A model generated the notes under the pieces. The model saw nothing but the letters and a program-made list of their open reading frames with translations. It did not search any database and was not told where the DNA came from. This document shows positions 1 to 9,411 of a stretch of 64,000 nt of DNA, piece by piece. The stretch spans positions 32,001 to 96,000 of the forward strand of contig CAVPOC010000003.1 in assembly GCA_963706955.1 (NCBI GenBank), given 5' to 3'. Position 1 is the first letter of the stretch, and the number at the start of each line of letters is the position of its first letter. This DNA is from an uncultured Verrucomicrobiae bacterium (GTDB lineage: Bacteria; Verrucomicrobiota; Verrucomicrobiia; Chthoniobacterales; Terrimicrobiaceae). Made by a program: the position numbers and the translations under genes.

Positions 1-575
1 GTCACCAGCAGTTCTTTATAAAAAACGAAGATCGCTAAAACAACCACGACGAAAACGGCCATCATGCGCAAAGCGGAGGGTGGGCCAAGCGAGTAGCCGT
101 TCCAGACGATCGGGGGTTCGAGTGGCACGAAAGCTATTTCTCCATACAACACGCAATCGGCGTCGATATGAAAGCTTCCCGTACTTTCGAGCATGCTCAT
201 TAGCACGACCCCGATCGCAAAAAGAGTCGTGAAAGCAATGCAGATGGCGGCATCGGGCTTGACGCGAGATTGACGATGAATGAACTCGATGATCAGCACG
301 GTCAACATTCCGGCGGCAAGCGCCCCGGTGAATGCCACCCACGTCGCAGCAGTCTTGAAGATCATAAACGAAACCACCAAACCGGGAAGGATGCTGTGGC
401 TGATGGCATCTCCGACGAGCGCCATCCGGCGCAGCAGCAAAAAGTTGCCGACAAGTCCGCACGCCGCGGTCACGAAAAAGCCCATCAGAACGATCCAGAC
501 AATAATAGAAAAGTCCGCCGTCCAAGGCTGGACCACGACACGCTGCCAGTCGAAGGTCGGAATGAGATCATCCAT
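1..575 (-). CDS. Metal ABC transporter permease (TroD/MntD-like), 3' end beyond the window edge
   Basis: Manual translation from ATG at 575: MDDLIPTFDWQRVVVQPW...GLVGNFLLLRRMALVGDAISHSILPG, an ABC-3 permease motif. Not in the ORF track because the stop lies outside the window. Confidence 0.85.
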   Translation of the reverse strand, partial: MDDLIPTFDWQRVVVQPWTADFSIIVWIVLMGFFVTAACGLVGNFLLLRRMALVGDAISHSILPGLVVSFMIFKTAATWVAFTGALAAGMLTVLIIEFIHRQSRVKPDAAICIAFTTLFAIGVVLMSMLESTGSFHIDADCVLYGEIAFVPLEPPIVWNGYSLGPPSALRMMAVFVVVVLAIFVFYKELLV

Positions 576-581
576 GAGAGG

Positions 582-2057
582 CTAACGATTAGTCGCGCTT
601 CCAAAGCCGGTGGCACGCGGATGAATGGAATGCCGTCCTCCCGCAAATTGGATATCTTCAAGACCCGGGATGAGTTTGCCGTGAGGGTCGTGCCTAGCGT
701 AGTTGAGCCGCTTTTCCAACTTCCGCACCGTCTCTTCTCCAAGGATGTGCTCGATCTTCTCGGCGTCCTCATGCACGTGATCGGCGGCCATATGCGCTGC
801 GTTGGTCAGATAAAGCTCCCACAGACGATGATTTCGGACGATCTCGCACGCACGTTGCCAGCCTTCGGGAGTGAGAAATGCCGAGTCGCCATCGCTGGAC
901 AGAGTGAGATACTGGTGACGGCGCAGTGTGTTGAGCTCGCGGTGAGCTTCTTCCAAGGTCTCGCGGCGTCTCTCCGCCAACTCGCGGGTGCTCACCTGGT
1001 CGGTTTCGAATTCCTCATCTTCCAGGACATGGTAAATCGCTTTGAGCGTGTTTTCGCGGGAGATGCGAGCCGCGCGCGAACGCTGCCGCCACCAGCGAGT
1101 AACGATTCCATGGCGTGGACCAAAAAAGAGCCCGACGGAAAAAACCGCCGCTGCCGCCAGCACCATGAAGGGGCCCGTTGGCAAATTTCGACCGACAAAG
1201 GAAAAGAACGCCCCCGCCGAGCCGGAAACCATTCCGAAAAGCGCCGAGAGGATAAGCATTGTCCCGAGGCGATCGGTTAGCAAGAAGGCGGCCGCCGCCG
1301 GAATGACCAACATGGCCGAAACCAAGACAACGCCCACAGCCTGAAGAGACGAAACAATCGCAAAGGCAAGCAATAGCATCAGGCTATAATGAAAGGCCTG
1401 CACGGGCATCCCGAGGGAACGAGCGAAGCCGGGGTCGAAGCTGGTGATCGTATATTCCTTATAGAAGACGATGACTGCGCAAAGCGCCAGCGCGGTAACA
1501 ATGGCTAGTAAGATGACGTCGCCGTGTCCGAGAGCAGCCGCTTGGCCGAACATGAACTTGTCCAGCCCGCTTTTGTTTCCCCCTGGCAGATTCTGGATCA
1601 TCGTGAAGAGGCAAATCCCCACGCCGAAAAAGGAAGCGAGCACGAATCCGAGGGCGGCGTCCTCTTTGTGGCGCGTGGTCGCGCGCAAGAGTTGCACCGT
1701 GCCCGCGCCGAGCAAGCCAACCAGCGTGGCGCCAACAAAGATGGCAACGGGATCTTTCGACATGTTCCAGAGAAACCCCAGAGCCACCCCCGGCAGCACG
1801 GCATGCGAGAGAGCATCTCCAAGCAAGGAAAGCTTGCGAACCACCAGAAACGCCCCCATCAGCCCGCAGCAGACCCCGAGCAGCATCGAACCAAGCAACG
1901 CATTGCGGAGCGACGGATCTTTGAAAGTGAAAAAACGGACTGTGCGGTCCAGCAGGGTCGATTCCGTCAACTCGTTGATGCGCGCAGCGAAAGCCAGCTC
2001 CGGAGCGAGGATCATTCCCGCCACCACTAGCACGGGAAGGATGCGGAGCAGCTTCAT
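582..2057 (-). CDS. Metal ABC transporter permease fused to a C-terminal DtxR/TroR-type repressor domain (YtgCR-like)
   Basis: ABC-3 motif GDALSHAVLPG and several TM segments, then ENTLKAIYH...RNHRLWELYL...HEDAEKIEH (DtxR metal-binding/dimerisation domain). Confidence 0.9.
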   Translation of the reverse strand: MKLLRILPVLVVAGMILAPELAFAARINELTESTLLDRTVRFFTFKDPSLRNALLGSMLLGVCCGLMGAFLVVRKLSLLGDALSHAVLPGVALGFLWNMSKDPVAIFVGATLVGLLGAGTVQLLRATTRHKEDAALGFVLASFFGVGICLFTMIQNLPGGNKSGLDKFMFGQAAALGHGDVILLAIVTALALCAVIVFYKEYTITSFDPGFARSLGMPVQAFHYSLMLLLAFAIVSSLQAVGVVLVSAMLVIPAAAAFLLTDRLGTMLILSALFGMVSGSAGAFFSFVGRNLPTGPFMVLAAAAVFSVGLFFGPRHGIVTRWWRQRSRAARISRENTLKAIYHVLEDEEFETDQVSTRELAERRRETLEEAHRELNTLRRHQYLTLSSDGDSAFLTPEGWQRACEIVRNHRLWELYLTNAAHMAADHVHEDAEKIEHILGEETVRKLEKRLNYARHDPHGKLIPGLEDIQFAGGRHSIHPRATGFGSATNR

Positions 2058-2887
2058 GGTTCCGCCTGCAGCGTTTGCACCACATCCGAGAGGATGGTCA
2101 GTCTGCCGCCATAGGTTGTTTGTAGCACCTCAGGCGTGAAGACCTCACTGGTGGGTCCAAAAGCGACCAGGCGCATGTTCAGCAAAATGAGCATGTCAAA
2201 GTACTCGCGTGCGTTGGACAAATCGTGGTGGACCACGAGCAGGGTCTTCCCCCGCGACTTCAATTCTCGGAGCAGGGTAATAATGGCGGCTTCCGTGGCC
2301 GCATCGACTCCGACAAACGGCTCATCCATCAGATACAACTCACTCTCCTGGGCGAGTGCACGGGCAAGGAACACCCGCTGCTGTTGGCCTCCCGAAAGAT
2401 TGCCAATCTGACGGTTGGCAAATGGGAGCATCTTTACTTTCTCGAGACATTCACGAGCGACTTCGCGGTCCTGCTTCGTCGGCCGCTGCGCGAGCCGCAG
2501 CTTGCCATAGCGCCCCATTAGGACCACGTCCATAACGCTCACCGGAAAATCCCAATCCACCGATTCGCGCTGCGGAACATAGCCGACGCGATGACAGCTC
2601 TCGCGAAAAGGTTTACCAAAGACTTTTACCCAGCCGGCGGAAAGCGGCAGCAAACCCATGATCGCCTTGATTAAAGTGGACTTTCCCGCGCCGTTCGGGC
2701 CAATGATCCCGACCAGGCTGCCCTTGGGAATGGTCAAGTCGATCCCATAGAGCACAGGCCTCTTGTGATAGGCAACGGTAAGATCGTGCACCTCCAGAGG
2801 GAGATTGCTCGAATCCGTTGGAGGGGTGCGCTCCGGAGGAGCGGTCTCGTTCCGGCGCATGTTTACCGGTTCTTCTCTTCGGTTCAC
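2054..2887 (-). CDS. Mn/Zn/Fe ABC transporter ATP-binding protein (TroB/MntB-like)
   Basis: Walker A GPNGAGKST, signature LSGGQQQR, Walker B YLMDEP, VVHHD. Confidence 0.95.
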   Translation of the reverse strand: MNRREEPVNMRRNETAPPERTPPTDSSNLPLEVHDLTVAYHKRPVLYGIDLTIPKGSLVGIIGPNGAGKSTLIKAIMGLLPLSAGWVKVFGKPFRESCHRVGYVPQRESVDWDFPVSVMDVVLMGRYGKLRLAQRPTKQDREVARECLEKVKMLPFANRQIGNLSGGQQQRVFLARALAQESELYLMDEPFVGVDAATEAAIITLLRELKSRGKTLLVVHHDLSNAREYFDMLILLNMRLVAFGPTSEVFTPEVLQTTYGGRLTILSDVVQTLQAEP

Positions 2888-3819
2888 TTCAGCGCCTCTA
2901 CGATCGTGGTGACGTTGTAGCGAACCATCCCGTCGTAGGTCCCCGTATCAAACCCCTTGCGCAACTCGCCCGGATTCCCCATGGCATCAGAGTACAATTC
3001 CCCACCGATTTTCACACCAGCATCTTCGGATACGCGCTTGATTGCGGCCGGATTGACACTCGTTTCGACGAAAATGGCTCTAACATTCTGCTTCTTGATG
3101 AAGTCCACCAAGCTGGCCATGTCGGCCAGGGCAGCCTCCGAAACCGTGGAAACGCCCTGCAGTCCGATCACCTTAAAGCCGTAAGCGCGGCCAAAATAGT
3201 TGTAAGCATCGTGACTGGTGACCAGGATGCGCTGGTTCTCAGAGAGTTGTGCACTCGTCTCCTGGCACCACTGATGCAGCTTGTTCAAACGTTCCGTCAA
3301 GGCCGCGCCGTTGTTTTCATAGACGGTTTTTCCGTCGGGATCGACTTCGCTTAACCCCTTGACGATGGTGGGGACGGTTTGCGCCCACATGCTCACGTCA
3401 AACCAGATATGGGGGTCATAATGCCCCGCAAATTCCTTCGGTTCTGTCAGCAACTGCTCGGGGACGCTCTCGGTAGTCGGATAGACGCTCTTCCCCGAGC
3501 GGGCAAGTTTTGCAAAAAGATCGCCCATCCGTCCTTCAAGCATCAGCCCGCTATAAAAGATCACGTCGGCCTTGCTCAAACGCGCGGCATCCGTGGAAGT
3601 CGGTTTGTAGAGATGTGGATCCACTCCAGGCCCCATGAGCTGCTCGACTTCAACACGCTCACCCCCAACCTGCCGGACCAAATCGGCGACCATCCCGATG
3701 GTGGTTGCCACCTTGACTTTGGCTTCTGCCGTGCCGCCCGTCAGAAGAAACATCGCCAGGAGCGCGGTGATAATCGCCAGCCGCCTGGCGCGGCGATGGC
3801 TTGTTTTTTGCTTGATCAT
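2884..3819 (-). CDS. Metal ABC transporter substrate-binding protein (TroA-like)
   Basis: Signal peptide, GVDPHLY, YDPHIWFD, TSHDAYNYF, ELYSD. Start taken at MIKQK (3819). Confidence 0.93.
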   Translation of the reverse strand: MIKQKTSHRRARRLAIITALLAMFLLTGGTAEAKVKVATTIGMVADLVRQVGGERVEVEQLMGPGVDPHLYKPTSTDAARLSKADVIFYSGLMLEGRMGDLFAKLARSGKSVYPTTESVPEQLLTEPKEFAGHYDPHIWFDVSMWAQTVPTIVKGLSEVDPDGKTVYENNGAALTERLNKLHQWCQETSAQLSENQRILVTSHDAYNYFGRAYGFKVIGLQGVSTVSEAALADMASLVDFIKKQNVRAIFVETSVNPAAIKRVSEDAGVKIGGELYSDAMGNPGELRKGFDTGTYDGMVRYNVTTIVEALK

Positions 3820-3820
3820 G

Positions 3821-3840
3821 TGTAGCCTTAGATACATTTT
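3821..3840. promoter_or_regulatory. Putative MntR operator
   Basis: Imperfect palindrome TGTAGC-CTTA-GATACA(TTTT) next to the troA start, in the troA/mntR divergent region. It resembles the proteobacterial MntR box (TAGC-N4-GCTA). Confidence 0.6.
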
Positions 3841-3904
3841 CCTGTTATAGCTACTCGAGTTACCCCAGGTTTGTCAATGCCGCATTTTTCTGTCAGATAC
3901 AAGT

Positions 3905-4414
3905 ATGGCCATGAAGCGTGAGAATTCTCGTGAGAGCCGGGAGGTGCCGAGGGGAGCGTCAATTGGCGCCGTCAGCAACAAGGAAACCGCCGCGTATCAG
4001 CGTCGAACGCGGCGTCAGCATGCACAGGAGCGGGCTCAGGATTACGTTGAGGCGATTGCGGAGTTGATCTCGTCCACCGGCGAGGCTCGCGCGACCGACC
4101 TCGCGCGCTTGTTGGGGGTGACGCATGTGACGGTCGTTCGGACCGTCCAACGTCTGCAAAGGGACGGGCTGGTGACCTCGCTTCCTTACCGCTCAATCTT
4201 TCTGACGGAAGCGGGACGTAAGTTGGCGAACAAGGCGCGCAGTCGGCACCGGACGGTGGTGGCCTTTCTGGAGGCGCTCGGCATCTCCTCCTCGGCAGCG
4301 CGTGCCGATGCCGAGGGAATCGAACATCATGTGAGCGCTGAAACTTTGGCCGCCTTCGAGCGCTTTCTCGCGCAAACCAAGCCTCCTCCAAATCGCTCGG
4401 ACGCTGAGAGCTGA
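3905..4414 (+). CDS. mntR: Manganese-dependent transcriptional regulator MntR (DtxR family)
   Basis: DYVEAIAEL...ARATDLARLLGVTHVTV HTH, PYRSIFLT, DAEGIEHHVS. Divergent from the Mn ABC operon. Confidence 0.9.
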   Translation: MAMKRENSRESREVPRGASIGAVSNKETAAYQRRTRRQHAQERAQDYVEAIAELISSTGEARATDLARLLGVTHVTVVRTVQRLQRDGLVTSLPYRSIFLTEAGRKLANKARSRHRTVVAFLEALGISSSAARADAEGIEHHVSAETLAAFERFLAQTKPPPNRSDAES

Positions 4415-4634
4415 ACTCGCGGCGAGAAGCAGAAAAACGGAAGCGAAGTTTCCAGAGAAGCATTTGGGATCGCGTCACGACTGCGGCGGTCCGGATTTTT
4501 CCGGCATTTTCCCAGCGTCTGGGGAGCGCACGCGTCCTGACCTACCCGAAACCGTGGCCTCTCAATGCGCTTTTCGGAAATGACTTGTGAGAGATACTCT
4601 CGAGAAATTACGCACCCCATTAATTAGCACGCCT

Positions 4635-5223
4635 CTAATCGGGTGCCAGCCATCGTGTCAGTTTTTTGCGGAGCAAGGCACGCGCGCGATAAAGCCGTGT
4701 CTCGACGGCTTTGTTTGAGCATCGCTGGATCATCGCGATCTGTTCATAAGACATATCCTCGTATGTAAAGAGGATTAAAGCCTCGCGAAGGTCGGGTGCT
4801 AGTTCAGCAATCGCCTCCCGAACGGCCTTGGTGCGCTCAGCCCTTTCCAGGCTCGCACGCGGATCAGGATCCGCCGCTTGAACGCTCTCCAACACAGAGC
4901 CTGAGGTGCCCGCCGCGGCATCCGCCGAGATTGTCGGATGACGCAGCTGCCACCGAACGTGATGGCGAGCAAGATTGGACGCGATGGCAAACAGCCATGT
5001 GGGGAAGGCACCGCTTGGCTGGTAGCGAAAGCGATTTCCATAGACGCGGACAAACGTCTCCTGCGCAAGATCGACGGCTATCGCTTCGCTCCCCGTGAGT
5101 CTGATCAGGTATCCGGTCAATCTACTTTTGCCAGCGCTCCATGATACCGTTGAGGGCGAGGTCATCTCCCTCGCGCAACCGCGACATCGCGAGAACGTCA
5201 GGATCTTCATGAGGCCCAGACAC
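4635..5223 (-). CDS. ECF sigma-70 factor (CnrH-like), apparent frameshift near 5125
   Basis: N-terminus VSGPHEDPDVLAMSRLREGDDLALNGIMERWQ in one frame continues as RLTGYLIRL..DLAQETFVRVY..WLFAIASN..region 4 AVETRLYRAR in another. Confidence 0.85.
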
Positions 5224-5284
5224 GAGCCCATAATGCTCTCGCCGAGAAAAGATGGTATTTAATTTGCTTCGACGACCCGAAGCA

Positions 5285-5725
5285 CTACTGGATGTGCGAC
5301 TGCGCCATGGCTCCCGGACGCAGCACGACAGGCAGAACCACTTGAAGATATTCTGCCCGTCTCTTTTCCGGAAGCTCGGCAGCAACGCGGTAAAAGTGTT
5401 CGAGCATCTTCACCCGGCACTCGGAACGCAGTCGGTCGGTTTCGACTATGGCGGTCTGGATTTCCGGTGTGACTTGCTGAGCGTCGCAAATCAGCTTTGC
5501 CAACTGCTCATCGGTCTGGGCGATCCGCGCGCACATCAACGCGCATTCCATCTGATATTGGTTATGGATCCGCTCGACGGTTCTTGCTTGCTGATCATCC
5601 AGGGCAAACTCCGCGAGAAGCCAACTGGTGGGAGAGGAGCGCTCCGATTTCCAGAAGTAGACAGCAAACGTCGCCAAGAGACCGGTAGCGATCGCTGCTG
5701 CGAAAACGATCAAGCCTCTTCTCAT
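5285..5725 (-). CDS. Periplasmic heavy-metal sensor (CnrX/NccX-like)
   Basis: N-terminal TM, helical periplasmic domain with H..ECALMC and ECRVKMLEH. Lies between the anti-sigma-like gene and the ECF sigma gene. Confidence 0.7.
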   Translation of the reverse strand: MRRGLIVFAAAIATGLLATFAVYFWKSERSSPTSWLLAEFALDDQQARTVERIHNQYQMECALMCARIAQTDEQLAKLICDAQQVTPEIQTAIVETDRLRSECRVKMLEHFYRVAAELPEKRRAEYLQVVLPVVLRPGAMAQSHIQ

Positions 5726-6003
5726 TTCAAAATGACTTGCGCGTACGGATCAACATCATGGAGGTATGCGCGTTGCGCGTTCTGGCCTGCAAACAGTGAG
5801 CCGATGAATACGCCACCGATAGTCGCCAGCGCTGCCGCCAACGAGGCTATCCGCGGCCGAGCCAGCCATTCGAAAAAGCCTTGCAGGCGCTGAGCCGGAC
5901 CGCGCGATTGCTCGATCCGCCGCCAAACGTCCCGTTGAAAGGTGGAGGATTCGACGGCGTCTGGGCGCCACAAGCGGAGCAAATCATCCAAGTCTTCTTT
6001 CAT
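5722..6003 (-). CDS. Small membrane anti-sigma factor (CnrY-like)
   Basis: 93 aa, LDDLLRLW..FQRDVWRRIE cytoplasmic helix, one TM, YLHDVDPY tail. ATGA overlap with the next gene. Confidence 0.65.
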   Translation of the reverse strand: MKEDLDDLLRLWRPDAVESSTFQRDVWRRIEQSRGPAQRLQGFFEWLARPRIASLAAALATIGGVFIGSLFAGQNAQRAYLHDVDPYAQVILK

Positions 6004-6022
6004 CCTCGTCCCTTCAGCTATT

Positions 6023-6049
6023 TAATCCCGCAACCCCTCCAGACCCTCG
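6023..6049 (-). promoter_or_regulatory. Possible ECF promoter for the cnrYXH-like operon
   Basis: CGAGGG...CGGGATTA on the minus strand about 20 nt upstream of the first gene. Only loosely similar to CnrH-type promoters. Confidence 0.25.
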
Positions 6050-6140
6050 TGAAAATTTTTGTCGAGAGTAGGCGCGAGAAAGGCATTGGCCGGTTGCGGA
6101 TGACACCAGCCCGGGTAAGTTTGCCAGAAGCCGACTTCCC

Positions 6141-6581
6141 ATGAAACCCCGCGTGCTGATCGTTGACGGACATAGCATGATTTTCCGGTGGCCTGACTTG
6201 ACACTTCAGCACGCGAAACGCACGGCTGCCGCGCGCGAATCCCTTGTCCGGATGCTGACCGGTCTTCAAGATAATACTGACTGGAATGTAGCCGTGGTCT
6301 TTGATGGGGCCGGGACCAAAACCACCGAAGCAACCAGCGGACCGCGGGGAATTCAGGTCTTCTACTCGACCGCAGAGCAAAGCGCCGACAGTGTCATCGA
6401 ACGTTTGGCCGCGAAATACGCCGAACGCTACGAGGTGACGGTAGCCACTGACGATTTGATGGAGCGCACAACCGTTGCTTCCTTCGGAGCGGTTTCAATG
6501 TCCGCGTGGCAGCTTCGTGAGGAGATTGAAGAGGCTGGTCGCGATCTGGATGCCCGACTCAAGCAGATACGGCGGCATTAA
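6141..6581 (+). CDS. NYN-domain ribonuclease (YacP/Rae1-like)
   Basis: LIVDGHS, VVFDG, SADSVIERL, VTVATDD acidic PIN/NYN motifs. Confidence 0.85.
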   Translation: MKPRVLIVDGHSMIFRWPDLTLQHAKRTAAARESLVRMLTGLQDNTDWNVAVVFDGAGTKTTEATSGPRGIQVFYSTAEQSADSVIERLAAKYAERYEVTVATDDLMERTTVASFGAVSMSAWQLREEIEEAGRDLDARLKQIRRH

Positions 6582-7026
6582 GCGCTCGTTGCCGATTCAA
6601 CCAGACCCGAGCCGCACTTTTCATGCGGGTGAGGATGTAGTAGACGGTTTGACTGCGCTGCCGGACAAGGTCTGCCCCCACGATCTTCGGCACAAAGTCG
6701 GCAGGGACATCCAACAACTCCTGCGGACTCACCCCCTCGAGTCCTTTGCAAAGGATGGAGGTCATCGCTTTGGTCAGGGTTTGCACTTGTGGACCGAGCG
6801 AAACTCGGAAGTGCGAAGAGTTGGTCGGATCAACTCGAAGGAAAATGCCCACCGTGTCGGTACATTCCTCGTCCTTACGGACGTCTTCAAGGTCGAACGT
6901 TTCGCCGGAGCGCGGTCCCTGGTTCCCTGCGCTGTCAGCGAAGACGATCAGCATGTCTCGCTTTTCAGGATCGGGCAAGGATTCGAAGAGCGAAATAATC
7001 TCTGAAAGCTTCGGTGGATAGGACAT
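6559..7026 (-). CDS. SufE-family sulfur acceptor protein
   Basis: MSYPPKLSEIISLFESL..EECTDTV (conserved Cys)..TKAMTSIL..GVSPQELL..RQRS. Downstream of a sulfurtransferase. Confidence 0.75.
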   Translation of the reverse strand: MSYPPKLSEIISLFESLPDPEKRDMLIVFADSAGNQGPRSGETFDLEDVRKDEECTDTVGIFLRVDPTNSSHFRVSLGPQVQTLTKAMTSILCKGLEGVSPQELLDVPADFVPKIVGADLVRQRSQTVYYILTRMKSAARVWLNRQRALNAAVSA

Positions 7027-7085
7027 GGCGAATAATCCCTCGGGCCATTCTACAGTAGTATTGGCCCGCCCAAAAATGACTTTTC

Positions 7086-7943
7086 TTAGCCTTTTTCGAT
7101 TGGGGCCCGCACGCGATTCCCCCACTCGGTCCACGATCCATCATAATTACGAACGTTCTTGTGCCCGAGAAGGTAAGTCAAAACGAACCAGGTATGGCTG
7201 GAACGCTCGCCGATCCGGCAATAGACGACTGTTTCGCCGGTCGGATCGAGCCCAGCCTCACCCTCATAAATCGCCCTGAGTTGTTCCGCGGATTTGAAGG
7301 TGGCATCGTCATTGGCGGCGCGCTTCCAAGGAAAGCTCTTGGCCCCCGGAACATGGCCACCGCGCAGGACACCCTCCTGGGGATACTCAGGCATATGAGT
7401 AACCTCCCCCTTGAACTCGCCAGGCGAACGAACATCAATCAACGGCTTCTTTTCCTGGCTCTGCTTGAGGGTCTGATCAAAAAAGGTCCTGATCTCGTCA
7501 TCGAAGCGCTTGGCGGGAACAGGATACTCTGTGCGCGGATAGCTGGGCACCTCGCGCGTCAACGGGCGATTTTCGGCGATCCACTTATCGCGACCGCCAT
7601 CCATAATCTTGACGTTTTCATGCCCGAAGAGCCGAAATGCCCAGAGCGCATAGCATGACCACCAGTTCGACTTGTCCCCGTAAAAGATCACCGTCGTATT
7701 CTTGGTGATTCCGTTTCTCGAGCAGAGCTCCGCAAAGGCTTCCGGCGAGATATAGTCTCGCATGGTTTGATCCTGAAGGTCCGCCCGCCAATCGATATGA
7801 ATGGCGCCAGGAATGTGACCGGTGCCGTAGAGTAGGATATCTTCGTTGCTCTCAACAAGCCTCGCATTGGGTTCATTTAGGTGTGAGGCAACCCACTCGG
7901 TTGTTACAAGAGCTTGGGGATGAGCATAATTTGGATCAATCAT
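7086..7943 (-). CDS. Tandem-domain sulfurtransferase (rhodanese, SseA/CysA-like)
   Basis: GHIPGA, GHVPGA, active-site [16 protein letters not shown]. Confidence 0.93.
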   Translation of the reverse strand: MIDPNYAHPQALVTTEWVASHLNEPNARLVESNEDILLYGTGHIPGAIHIDWRADLQDQTMRDYISPEAFAELCSRNGITKNTTVIFYGDKSNWWSCYALWAFRLFGHENVKIMDGGRDKWIAENRPLTREVPSYPRTEYPVPAKRFDDEIRTFFDQTLKQSQEKKPLIDVRSPGEFKGEVTHMPEYPQEGVLRGGHVPGAKSFPWKRAANDDATFKSAEQLRAIYEGEAGLDPTGETVVYCRIGERSSHTWFVLTYLLGHKNVRNYDGSWTEWGNRVRAPIEKG

Positions 7944-8024
7944 GGCGATATTCCTTAAGCAAATCTATTGTCCTTGGGAGGCAAAAAGCATAAGCCAGGC
8001 CTAGAGAAAAGGCAAAATCGACAA

Positions 8025-8627
8025 TCAGCTACCGAGATCCTCTCCCACCATATAGCGGGTGAAGCGGCGGATGACGATGTTCTCGCCAAGCTCGGCAATC
8101 TTCGAGTTGACGAAATCCTTGATCGTCAGGTCTGGATTCTTGATGAACGCCTGCTCGAGAAGGCAAACGGTGCTGAAGAATTTGTCCATCTTACCGTCAA
8201 CGATCTTGTCCACAATATTGGCCGGTTTGCCCGTGACCTGCGCGGTATAGATTTCCCGCTCCGACTGGACCAGAGTCTCTGGAACCTGGTCGCGTGAAAC
8301 ATAGAGAGGATGGGAAGCGGCAACGTGGAGGGTGATGTCCTTCACGAACTCACGAAAGACGTCGTTCTTGGCAACGAAATCCGTTTCGCAATTAATTTCG
8401 ACAAGGACGCCGACTTTGCCCTGCAGGTGGATGTAGGAGGCAATGATTCCCTCCCGAGTGGTTCGAGAAGCCTTCTTGCTGGCGCTGGCGATACCCTTTT
8501 TGCGCAAGAGCTCCTCGGCCTTGATCAAATCGCCGCTTGTTTCATCGAGGGCTCGCTTGCAGTCCATCATGCCTGCATTGGTCTTCTCGCGGAGTTCCTT
8601 CACCAGGGTTGGAGAAATATCGGGCAT
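8025..8627 (-). CDS. tsf: Elongation factor Ts (short form)
   Basis: VKELREKTNAGMMDCKRAL, EINCETDFVA, GENIVIRRF. Confidence 0.97.
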   Translation of the reverse strand: MPDISPTLVKELREKTNAGMMDCKRALDETSGDLIKAEELLRKKGIASASKKASRTTREGIIASYIHLQGKVGVLVEINCETDFVAKNDVFREFVKDITLHVAASHPLYVSRDQVPETLVQSEREIYTAQVTGKPANIVDKIVDGKMDKFFSTVCLLEQAFIKNPDLTIKDFVNSKIAELGENIVIRRFTRYMVGEDLGS

Positions 8628-8671
8628 AAACTATGAAAGTCCGTCGAGGACGAGTTCCGAGACCTCGGAAC

Positions 8672-9409
8672 TTATTCGGCCACCGCCGCGAGCTCGTTAA
8701 CCGTCTCGCTCTTCCCGCGGACGCCCTGTCCTTCGACGATGGAATCGACCAGTTTCTGAAGGATCACCCGAATGGAGCGGATGGCATCATCATTGCCCGC
8801 AATTGGATAATCGATTTTTTCCGGGTCGCAGTTGGTGTCAACAATGGCCACTACAGGAATCTTCAGCCGAGACGCTTCGGCAACGGCAATTTCTTCGCGA
8901 TTGGTGTCGATGATCACGAGGGCGTCGGGCAACTGCTCCATGTTGAGCAATCCTTCGAGATTACGGTGCAGCTTGGCAGCCTCGCGTCGCAAGGCGGAGG
9001 TCTCCTGCTTGTTCATACGAGAAAAGGCGGGAGTTTTTTCCAGTTCCTCGAATTCGCGCAAGCGAGCGACACTGCGCCTGATGGTCTGGAGATTGGTGAG
9101 GGTGCCTCCCAGCCATCGCTGGTTGACGAAGAATTGTCCCGTAACTTCCGCCGCCTCTCTGACTGCTTCCTGCGCTTGTTTCTTCGTGCCGACGAAGAGA
9201 ATCTTGCCGCCATTCTTGACCAACTCACCAAGATATGAAGCCGCCCTGGCGAGTTGCTCGATGGTGATGGACAGATCGATGATGTAAATCGAGTTCTTCT
9301 CTTCGAGAATGAAATCGCGCATCTTGGGGTTCCACCGCTTCGTCTGGTGGCCGTAATGCACCCCGGCTTCAAGGAGTTCAGTCATAATTTCAAGAGTGGG
9401 CGAGGACAT
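8672..9409 (-). CDS. rpsB: 30S ribosomal protein S2
   Basis: [39 protein letters not shown]. Confidence 0.97.
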   Translation of the reverse strand: MSSPTLEIMTELLEAGVHYGHQTKRWNPKMRDFILEEKNSIYIIDLSITIEQLARAASYLGELVKNGGKILFVGTKKQAQEAVREAAEVTGQFFVNQRWLGGTLTNLQTIRRSVARLREFEELEKTPAFSRMNKQETSALRREAAKLHRNLEGLLNMEQLPDALVIIDTNREEIAVAEASRLKIPVVAIVDTNCDPEKIDYPIAGNDDAIRSIRVILQKLVDSIVEGQGVRGKSETVNELAAVAE

Positions 9410-9411
9410 GG

